Positions 24,918-34,154 of a DNA stretch of 64,000 nucleotides are shown one piece after another (positions within the stretch are counted from its first letter, which is position 1; each line of letters opens with the position of its first letter). The notes under the pieces were generated by a model. It worked only from the letters and a program-made list of their open reading frames with translations, had not been told where the DNA came from and made no database searches. The position numbers and the translations under genes are program-made. The DNA is from Massalongia carnosa (taxonomy: Eukaryota): contig OZ287070.1 in assembly GCA_965645245.1 (NCBI GenBank), positions 496,001-560,000 on the forward strand, in the 5' to 3' direction.

Positions 24918-25045
24918 GATAACCTTCATTGGGCCTCCCACCCCGAAGCGTTATCCCTGGTGGTGGCACACTCGGTCGATTCAACAAGCAACATTATTTC
25001 GGCTATGGAGTTCTAAGTCTAGACTGCTTGGCAATCATCGATCGT
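24918..25045 (+). repeat. Direct repeat copy A (~128 bp); copy B at 30926-32393 is interrupted by a Tc1-like element
   Basis: GATAACCTTCATTGGGCCTCCCACCCCG...GGCTATGGAGTTCTAAGTCTAGACTGCTTGGCA.TCATCGATCGT occurs in both places. Confidence 0.9.
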
Positions 25046-25127
25046 TTAAGCATCACATCAGCAAATGCCATGCCACGCGCATGCATACGCCCCCGCCTCG
25101 CAGGTACATACACTACCAGATCCGTGT

Positions 25128-25336
25128 CATATTACCCAACATTACAGCACGGGTCACCTTGGGTAATGATGTGGGTAATAATTACCCAACTTTAATTTTA
25201 ACATCCAATATTACCCAACGTTACAGCACCGTCGCCTTGGGTAATGATGGTTACCCAACTTTAAGTTTAACATCCCATATTACCCAACGTTACAGCACCG
25301 TCACCTTGGGTAATGATTACCCAACTTTGAGTTTAA
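25128..25336. repeat. Three ~70-bp tandem units, each with an ATTACCCAA..TTGGGTAAT inverted repeat (subterminal repeats)
   Basis: Unit ~CATATTACCCAACGTTACAGCACCGTCACCTTGGGTAATGAT..TACCCAACTTTAAGTTTAA repeated three times. Confidence 0.9.
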
Positions 25337-25428
25337 GTCCCTTACGAGAGGTTAGTAAGCAAACATTGACAAGCCAGAATGCGCTAATCGTCGGCCTCGC
25401 TTAGCTGCCTCCATACGAGGTCACGCGG

Positions 25429-26744
25429 TTGACAAAAAAATCACACACCAAAATTTTTACCCCACCGAAAACCCTTCCACACCCATAATCAACAGTAATT
25501 ATTCCATCAACATGCCTCCATCTAGGACTCCCATATTTGATTCTCGTGAGCGACAAAAGCATTATACTACTCCTGTTAAGGCCAAAGTTCAAGGAGCTGT
25601 CGAATTTTGCGAGAGAATGGGAATTTCTTACTATAAAGAGGAAGTTTTTCGAACTTTCGACGTTTCGCGTGAACAAGGCTATGCTTTCTTACGCAACGAC
25701 TCTGCCAGACGACTGGAAAACAATTCCGATGCAGAAGAGACTCGAGGTCGCAAATCCTTAATCACGCCTAAACAAATATGAGAAATGGAGCGAATTTTAG
25801 AGACTGAAGGCATTAAAGGTCGTGGGCTTACATGGAGTCAATTGGGGTATGAAATAGGCCTCGACTGCAGTGGTCGAACAATTCAACGCGCAATGAGTAC
25901 GATGGATTATCACAAGTGACTCTCATGTAGAAGAGGCTAGGTAAACAATAAAACAGCCGCTCATCGAATTGAATGGGCCCAAGTCATGCTGAACAGATAT
26001 CCTGAGTCAGAAGACTGGCATAAAGTACGATTCAGCGATGAAGTTCATTACGGCTGGGTCCCCCAAGGCAAGCTTCGAATCATACGCAAACCCGGTCAAA
26101 GATACTGTCAGGACTGTATTCAGGACGCCAATAAACCAGACGAAAGGGATAAAAAACGTCATCATTGTTGGGCCTCATGCCACAATTTCAAATCAGATAT
26201 TCATTTTTATCGGGTGCCGGGTAATGTCAATGGCAAAATGAGTCAAAAAGCCTACATTGAACAAATTCTCGACCCAGTCGTTCTTCCATGGTTACAATCA
26301 GTTCAGAAGTTCGTTTTGGAAGAAGACGGTGATTCCGGTCATGGACCAGGCAAATCAAACATCGTACGCACCTGGAAGGAGACAAACAACTTAAATCACT
26401 ACTTCAATTATCCTTCACCTCCCGATTTAGCACCTATTGAGAATTGCTGGCAACCTTCAAAACAACATCTTCGTAAATATCCTCATTGGGACGACGTCAC
26501 CACCAAGGAGTTGATTTACGAGGGATGGAGTCTTGTTTTACAGAGATCTATCAACGAAAAGGTAGCGACAATGCCTGATCGTCTTCGAGCAGTAATAGAC
26601 GGTGAAGGAAAAATGGCAGGGTATTAAATGAAGCAATTGGGATTTGATTGAACATCAGATAATGTAAATAGTCATTGTAAATGTGGTAGTAAATTTGACG
26701 TTTTTGGTGGGGTAAAAATTTTGGTGTGTGATTTTTTTTGTCAA
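25429..26744 (+). mobile_element. Tc1-like DNA transposon (DD37E), defective
   Basis: ~43-bp TIRs TTGACAAAAAAATCACACACCAAAATTTTTACCCCACC; both ends flanked by CGG; transposase at 25512-26627. Confidence 0.9.
25512..26627 (+). pseudogene. Tc1-like DDE transposase with three in-frame stops
   Basis: VRFSDE, LEEDGDSGH and PDLAPIENCW; stops TGA (25779), TGA (~25917) and TAG (~25938), all in one frame. Confidence 0.9.
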
Positions 26745-26754
26745 CGGAGGTGTA

Positions 26755-28539
26755 CCACCTCTAGTCGGGGAAAGCGGTCTGCGTAGGCAAGCGATCTGCG
26801 TAGTTTCAATTTCAGGATTTGTCCAAATTCACCCATTTTACAACCTATTTTGAGCTTTTTGCAACACTTCTCGACCGCAAGCTACGACCGTTAGCTGTTA
26901 TTCATACCATAGATAGATATTAACTGCACATCCTAACTACTCATTGATTAACCGGGATATTCACCTTTACTAAATCGCGACCGCATCAGTTGCATGCCTC
27001 CTATTTCGTCAATCACTCTCTCCCTATTTCATCAACCGCTCCCCACCTCAATCATGAAGAGCAGCAGCGTCATGAATAATAACCTTATTAAAACCAGTGA
27101 TTCTATTGCACGCGCGTGCAAAATGCTAAGCAGTTTTTACTAGAAAACCCCAAGGAGAGCATCGTTTGCGCTGCTCGAATCTTCAACCTCGCCGAGACCA
27201 CTCTTTACAGTTCAATTGAACGTGAAATGACGCCGCCGAAGAAAATTGGAGGGCAGAACAAAATACTGGAGGAGCATCAGGTCAGAGCCATTCACGAGTT
27301 CATTCGATCTCTGATTGCGTATGGCATTCAACCTATTCATAAAGTGGTTTTTGCTGCCATTAAGACTCTAAAACATGCTCAAGATGCCGAATTCAATGGT
27401 CCAAGTCCGCGGTGGTTTAGGCAATGGTGGAAAGACAATGGCCTGCACAAGATAAAGACCAAGCCGCTGGCAGTTGTTCGATATACTGCGGCTCAGGAGT
27501 CAGATGTGAGATCATGGTTTGATCGATATCAGCGGGCTCTTGCAGAGTTGGGGATAACTCGTTCACAAGATATCTGGAACTTTGATGAAGCAGGATTTCG
27601 AGTTGGGTGTATGAAGGGTCATGAAATTCTAGTTCCATCAGATATTAAGGAGTTCTATTCGATCAGTCCAGAAAATCGCAATCTCTCACCATAATCGAAA
27701 GCATCAACGCCGCCGGTCATGAACCACCCCCCCCCGTTTTAATCATGCAAGGTCGTAGAATAATGCAGAACTGGTTCCAAGAAGGGCTGCCCACGGGGAC
27801 TCTGATTCAAGTATCAGAAAGTGGGTTCATCACCGATGAAATAGCCATAGAATTTTTGAAGCATTTCATTGCGAATACAAACTCGGGCCTTACAAAGCAG
27901 TGGAAATTGATGCTTATGGATAATCATGGGACTCATTGCACCCCTGAGTTTATAAAGCTTGCCAATGAAAATCACATTCGCCCTTTCCCCCTGATACCAC
28001 ATCTGACTCATTGTATGCAACCCCTTGATGTGGGTGTATTTCAACCCTATAAGCATTGGCATGATAAGGCTATCCAAGATGTCCTTGCAGAGTTCAACAC
28101 TGAGAATAATGAGAATGATGAGGGTGATGAGGATGAGCAGTTTAACTTTTATCAAGGGGGCTATCGTCAGACTAGGAGTTACTATTAGAACGCGCAACTG
28201 ATATATATCTACTTATTAATATTATTTGCAAATGAGGTTGAAAATAAAGCAAATGGAGGTTGCAAATCATGATGAGACGGCGTCGCAAATGAGTTGTAAA
28301 TAGGTGATAAAACTGGTGAAATTGAAAAAAAATATAATGCATTCCCGGTTGATAAATGAGCAGTTAGGATGTGCAGTTGATATCTATCTATGGTATGATT
28401 AATAACAGCTAACGGTCGTAGGTTGCGGTCGAGAAGGGTTGCAAAAAGCTGCAAAATAGGTGGTAAAATGGGTGAATCCTGAGATTGAAACTACGCAGAT
28501 CGCTTGCCTACGCAGACCGCTTTCCCCGACTAGAGGTGG
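26755..28539 (+). mobile_element. pogo/Fot1-type DNA transposon (DD35D), defective, with long TIRs
   Basis: TA at 26753-54 and 28540-41. TIR CCACCTCTAGTCGGGGAAAGCGGTCTGCGTAGGC..., with inverted similarity continuing ~200 bp. Confidence 0.92.
27072..28188 (+). pseudogene. pogo/Fot1 transposase (HTH + DDE_1), frameshifted and internally deleted
   Basis: IWNFDEAGFRVG, LMDNHGTH and HCMQPLDVGVFQPYK; frameshifts near 27112 and 27690; abrupt jump to an acidic tail at ~28100. Confidence 0.88.
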
Positions 28540-28635
28540 TACAAGGTCCATCTCTCGCAACCTCTTTCCTCTTCACAACCTCTTCTATCTTCCATCTCTT
28601 TCATCATTTGTTTCTATCTTTACACTCAATCAACA

Positions 28636-30304
28636 ATGGCTCCTCCCAATATTCATAAGCGAAAAGCAGTAAGATCTATTCCGACCAGGTCATATCGTAA
28701 TTGCCTACCGCATCAAAAACATCTGGCTCTCACCTGCTTGGTATCTACACTGGCAATTTGCGCCCATGCATGTCCCTGTCTCTTAGTCCGTACAGACTAT
28801 GCTTCTATGATATGATATAAATAATATTACATGTGGCCGGTGCAGATGCCAAGCAGGTGGTGTTTCTGATGCGGTAGGAAATCATAACATGACCTAACGG
28901 TTTGTTCAGCTATTATCATATATTGATCTTTAAATATTTAGACTCATGCTGGCTTGAAAATTCTAGAGCTTTCAAATACGGCACCTTCAATGCGAAATGG
29001 AGACCCTTCAGCTTCTTTGGAGACCGGTACATCCGCATGGGGACCTAGCCCTGGCAAGAATCATTTCCATGTTGATATAAGTAATTTACCATTCTAATTA
29101 AATTGTTAAAGGCACTTCTCTGGGTAATGCACCGTCGTCGTCGTCTTCAAATAACTCGCATCCTCGATCAGCAATCGACTCTACGCGATTACTGTTTGCT
29201 ACGCAAGGTCCTATATTTACATCAGAGCAAGCCGCTATCTTTCGATCGATTCAACGGGAAGATCCTTTGGATCACGACCTCGTCGAAACTTTTATCAAGG
29301 TATGGCATGAACTTGTTCCCTCTCTTAATATGTATGTAATCGCACCACGTTCAATGTCTCATGTTTTATTTAGAACGTGCTTTTTAATGATACATATTAG
29401 AGTTCCACGTGGTACCAACTAGCATCTATATACAAGCTTTAGTTGCAAAATAGGAAGGAGATCACACGGATTAAAAAGGAAGCCAAATCTACAAAATATG
29501 CCACAGAGCTACGGGCGGTTTGTGTAATCTTTCAGCATAATACTTGTGGCTCATGTTTGCAGATAATCAGACCCATAATACGCCGACGCTTAACTTTGGA
29601 ACGATACAAAGAAAGCACATGGAGCGATCCCAAGCAAGTATTAGTACGTTATCGTTAGGCTCGTTTGGTATTCCATAGCTAATACTATCGTTAAGACCTC
29701 ATTACGAGGTCATTTTCCTTCCGACCTAATACTTCCAGACAATGCCGTCGCTTTAGTGGGGAAAGTCCGCATAGAGGAAAAGGCTAAACTAAAGGAACGA
29801 CTCCTCAAGTGTCAAGATGTTGTCGATAAACCTCTTGCGGATTTTGCCGAATGCCTAAGGTCAGAAGTGGACTCGGAGACCAAACATGTGGACAATGATA
29901 TGTCTTTGTGGGAAGCAGCAGCTTGTTGGGTAGGCTTCCCTTCATATTGTTATCTTGCATCTTGTTTATTGCAAAAGCTAATATCAATGAATGATAGAGA
30001 TATGTTGTTCTTGAGCAGATGGAAAAGAAAGAAGGAAGTTTCTGGTTCCAGGTTGATAAGATTTTGATGAATATAGACGCAGACTGGTACGTCAAACTGA
30101 ATAACTCTTATCTTTTCTGCGGTAGAGCTTCTTCATGAACTAATTTGAACAGGGACTTTTATACTCCTGACGTATTAGAGTATGGTCTTGCGTCTCTAAG
30201 TGACGGCTTAACTTTGGATCAAAATCCCACTCTCGATACTGTTTTGGATTCGAATAATACAACACCGCTGGCAGAGGATGAAGATAACGATAATTCTACT
30301 GAAT
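28636..30304 (+). pseudogene. Multi-exon orphan gene inside the CACTA-like element, at least one premature stop
   Basis: ATG GCT CCT CCC..AAA GCA then GTAAGA; successive exons join in frame (..IIRPIIRRRLTLERY.., ..RIEEKAKLKERL.., ..GSFWFQVDKIL..); in-frame TAG at 29440-42. The exon model is approximate. Confidence 0.55.
28687..28895. repeat. ~209-bp foldback (MITE-like) inside the first intron of the orphan gene
   Basis: Arm 28687-28754 (AGGTCAT..CCTACCGCATCA.AAACA..CACCTGCTTGG.ATCT.CAC.GGC) pairs imperfectly with 28836-28895. Confidence 0.75.
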
Positions 30305-31024
30305 AAGGCGAGTTGAGTTGTTCTAGGCTAGGAATTGATCCACTGGACGGACTGAGCTCAAAGAAAGGAAGGGGGAAGGGCCGGGCAGACATAGACTGTA
30401 CAGGTTTTATATATGAAGATAATGTGATCTGGGTATCATTGTCAATACGAGAAAGCCTGATCATTAGATATCCTCGAGACAGATTAAATATAAGTTTTTT
30501 CTTCGATTTTGATTCAGGATGCAGATTTGGCGGCGGCAGTGAGCCTGTAATATTGAGTCGCAAGCTCCAAACTAAGTTTTAATGCATCATGAGTTATTGT
30601 GGGTTTACCCCAACTCGTGGCACCAGACGTATGACTACGTCAGTGCTTGAGTTGGATGGTAGTAGCGAGCGTGGGCTATATAGGCGTGTGCCCCTTTTCG
30701 GGGTCACGTGGCTGGCTAGGCATCCCGTGCCTAACAGCCTCTAGTCGTGCCCACAGCCCGTTCTATACCCAATTATGCTCCTCATCATTATGTAACGTTA
30801 TCCCCTCATGGTGGTAAAACATTGATAGAAAACATTACCCAACGTTACATAAGGATACAACCGTAACCATTAGGTAACGTTATGCAGATATGGTGGTGTA
30901 GGTGGTAATAGGGCGGACTGCTGGCGATAACCTTCATTGGGCCTCCCACCCCGAAAGCGTTATCTCTGGTGGTGGCACACTCTCGGTTGATTCACCAAGT
31001 AACATTATTTCGGCTATGGAGTTC

Positions 31025-32357
31025 AAGGTTGGGTGACATTGGTCCGTGCCCCCCCCCTAAATTTCGAAAAAACAGTCACAAAACAACAACAAAACATCTT
31101 CATTTCTACCATTTTGTTGCGTTACCTTCTCTATCTTTACATTGCTTTATACGAGAAGGCATTGTAGCTACCAAATTGTCAATTTCCTCTTGTTTTACCT
31201 CGTTCTATTCGTGCTGAACGGCCTTCTTCATGTCATCCAGAGTAGTGATAACCATGTCATAACTTCCGATTCGTTGCTTGATTGTCCTCCAAACATTCTC
31301 GATTATGTTGAGATCTGGTGAGCATGGAGGCCATGCTCCATCATTAAACAAAGGAATTTTGAATGAGTCTTTCAGTTGTGAAAGATTTCGCTTTCCAAAC
31401 CCCAAACCATGGGCTCGATTTCCATCCTCCTGAAAGAGAATTTCACCGAACTCTCGGGCATGAAGGGAATGCTCCGTACGTTCATAAGGAGAAATATAAT
31501 TGCTCTCCTGAAAGTACGGAGAAACGACAGGTAGTAGCACCTGTTTTATATAGTCTTCTTTGGTCATTCCCCCCCTGGCCCCGGAGAGATTCTGCAAAAA
31601 CACCAGTTTTGATTTATACCCCCACCCCACCATTCCCCATACTGAAAACGACGTTCTACCACTCCGAAAACGAGTCTGAATGCAATCAAGACAGTATCGT
31701 TCATCCGCCTTGCGAAGAATTTGATCCTTTTTATGTTTGCCCGTTTAAAACGTGCTCTCATCACTGAATCGAAGTCGTTTCCAGGCATGCGTCCAGTTCT
31801 CGAACTTTACAGAGAAAGCGAGTCGAATTTTTCGATTCTTTTCATTGATGAAAGGTTTCGGGCATGCAGTGCATTTGCGATAGCCCAATTGAGCTAAACG
31901 TCGTGCGAGAGTTCGAGGATGAATTGGTAAATTGTGACGTTTGCATAACTGAGCAAATGACATACATCTTCCAGAGTATTTCTCCTTTAGCACCCAATTG
32001 AGCACCTTTTTGATTTCCCAATCGGAGACTTTTCGTGCTTTTCCAGCCCGTTCAGCACCTTTTCTTCTGACTGTGTTTCCAATATCGCGCTGTTTTCGCC
32101 ATTTACGAAGAGTGTCCCGATGCACCCCTGTGACAGCATGAATTCTATGCAGTGATTGCCCTGCGTCCATGCGACCGTAGCATTGATTTTTAATGGGCGT
32201 ACCCCATTCTAAACCATGATAGCCACCTCGTTTACGGGGACTTCGAAAACTGCGTGTAATAGCCATGTGATTGACGAATGATCAATGTAAAATGGTGGTA
32301 GAAGGGGCAGTTTTTCGAAATTTAGGGGGGGGGCACGGACCAATGTCACCCAACCTT
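31025..32357 (-). mobile_element. Tc1-like DNA transposon (DD41E), defective
   Basis: ~46-bp TIRs AAGGTTGGGTGACATTGGTCCGTGCCCCCCCCCTAAATTTCGAAAAA; GTTC on both flanks; splits direct repeat copy B. Confidence 0.93.
31106..32266 (-). pseudogene. Tc1-like DDE transposase with two in-frame stops
   Basis: LRFSDESTF, FQEDGNRAH and WPPCSPDLNIIENVW; TAA at 31745-47 and TAG at 31205-07 interrupt one frame that ends at GNATKW*. Confidence 0.92.
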
Positions 32358-32551
32358 GTTCTAAGTCTAGACTGCTTGGCAGTCATCGATCGTCTTAGCT
32401 CGAGTAGTAATCTGTTGCCGACGAGCTTTAAGAACGGTGAGATCGATATCGTAATGCTTGAGGGATTTATTGCGGAGTAGCTTTGCTTGAGGATCCTCAT
32501 TATGATGAAGATGACGATGGAGATGAACTAAACAAAGAACAAGTATCATTC

Positions 32552-32677
32552 TGCCTCGTGGGGTAAACCACTTTTGGGGTGAACCACGGCTGATGGGTTA
32601 AACCATGCCTCGTGGGGTGAACCACGGCTGGGGTAGACCACGACTGATGGGGTAAACCACGGCTGATGGGGATTAAC
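32552..32677. repeat. Array of ~7 quasi-palindromic TGGGGTAAACCAC motifs
   Basis: TGGGGTAAACCAC, TGGGGTGAACCAC, TGGGTTAAACCAT, TGGGGTAGACCAC etc., with short spacers. Confidence 0.85.
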
Positions 32678-33267
32678 CGGAGAAGCCGTGACCTGATTGA
32701 TGGATCTACAAAAAGGTTATTCAACCCAAGGATCAAGAAACGAAGGCCCAACCATCAAGTTCCATCCATTGATAACTTATCACCTTTACTCGAAGCTGGG
32801 AGAAGTGAAAAGGATGCGGTGTTCGGCTCGCGTAGAGGCATGAGTAACTATAGCATTAGATCGCTCGCCGCAGGCAATGTCCTATGGAAGGTGGAGGCTA
32901 TCGTGATAAATGCACATCATAAAACCGATACCGGCGCAGAGTAAATGAATTCTCGTTGTGGGTAAGCAATATTTTGCTTCTCTGGTTGGTGCTGAAAAGA
33001 GACTTGGTGGGCGTCATTGCGCGAGGGTGATTCGAAAAATTAATTACCTCAAGAAAAAAAACATATGATTAGCAGGCTATGTAAGCAGCATGAAGAGTTC
33101 GCAACGGTAATGATATAGCCTCTCCGAGGCTGCGAACAAAAATAAACAAAATAAATCAAATTGAAATCTGTCCCTTCTAACGAAAACATAGGTCAACGCA
33201 GTTTCACAATCCAACATAACCTCTTGAGGATCCAATACTCTGATCAGGATCCGTATGCAGAGACCCC

Positions 33268-34154
33268 TTACCTGCTGGGACCAGTGCTGCTCCCAGCTCC
33301 CAATACAGTCTCTGCCCAGCCACAAAGGCACCGCACGCGCTGCGCCGTCCACTTGTCTGTTGCGCCGCATCTCCTGCATGTCCCTTTATACATACAAGGC
33401 TGATTCATCGCCGTCACAAGCTCGATGCCAAACATAGGCGCCTCAACGAACACATTTTTCAGCTCTCGAGACTCCGACAAGCGGACCCAATTCTTCTGCA
33501 CGTATTCCAAAACAGGGTTGCGCAGCCCGCGGTCTGAGTCTGGGGTTGTGTTGTATATGAAGGGGATCTCAGAGAGGATTTCCTCCTCGATACTGGTGCC
33601 AAGGCTTTTGTGCGCCAACATGAGGGCCTGTTCGATCCTATCCTGGGCCAGCTTTTTGAGGTCTGGGACTTCGTACTTTTCAGCCAATGCGTAAACTTGC
33701 ACGTTTGTGTTTGCTTGTGAAATCCAGGTGTCTTCGGCTTCAGGCTCTGTGTCGCTGGCGGGAATGCGGATTTCGGAGTACTTGTCTGTATTGAAGTATT
33801 GTATCATCCTCAACACGATGAAAGGCTCCTCTTCTGGTAACTCCACGCATTTTCCGTCTGCTTCCTGTTGACCATAAGATTGATTTGGCTTTCTAGAAGT
33901 GAATTGAAGGGCTCACCTTGAATTCGCCGTAGTAAGCGGCAGCAAAAAACCTTGAACGTGGCCAAATACGATGACCCTGAACCAAGAATCCTCTAGCCCC
34001 ACACAGGACTTTGACATTGGCAAAGTCAGTGGTCAAGGGCAGGCTGTTTCATTCCGTTAGACTAAGATATCTCAGGATTACATTCTGACAACAATCGTAA
34101 ATCATACCGGGTTGTAGCTACCTTCCTTCCCTCCAAATATGGATCTTCCTCCAT
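33268..34154 (-). CDS. BTB/POZ-domain protein with C-terminal Cys cluster
   Basis: Two introns; spliced DFANVKVLCGARGFLVQGHRIWPRSRFFAAAYYGEFKEADGKCVELPEEEPFIVLRMIQYF, VYALAEKYEVPDLKKLA, IYNTTPDSDRGLR and CRRC..CLC. Confidence 0.88.

Larger units (their letters stand above)
25111..30898. mobile_element. Putative CACTA/EnSpm-like non-autonomous element hosting two nested transposons and a spliced gene
   Basis: Left end CACTACCAGATCCG vs right end reverse complement CACCACCATATCTG (11/14); TA on both flanks. The 16-mer ATTACCCAACGTTACA is present near both ends (25210 and 30834). Confidence 0.55.

Noticed and set aside
25128..25336. CRISPR-like repeat/spacer appearance
   Set aside because: Spacers are near identical, the context is eukaryotic and no cas genes are present; better explained as TE subterminal repeats.
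24918..32393. Direct repeats as LTRs of a large retrotransposon
   Set aside because: No TG..CA ends, PBS, PPT, TSD or gag/pol; only ~90 bp separates them once nested elements are removed.
23925..32700. Starship or Crypton element
   Set aside because: No tyrosine-recombinase ORF or typical cargo recognised.
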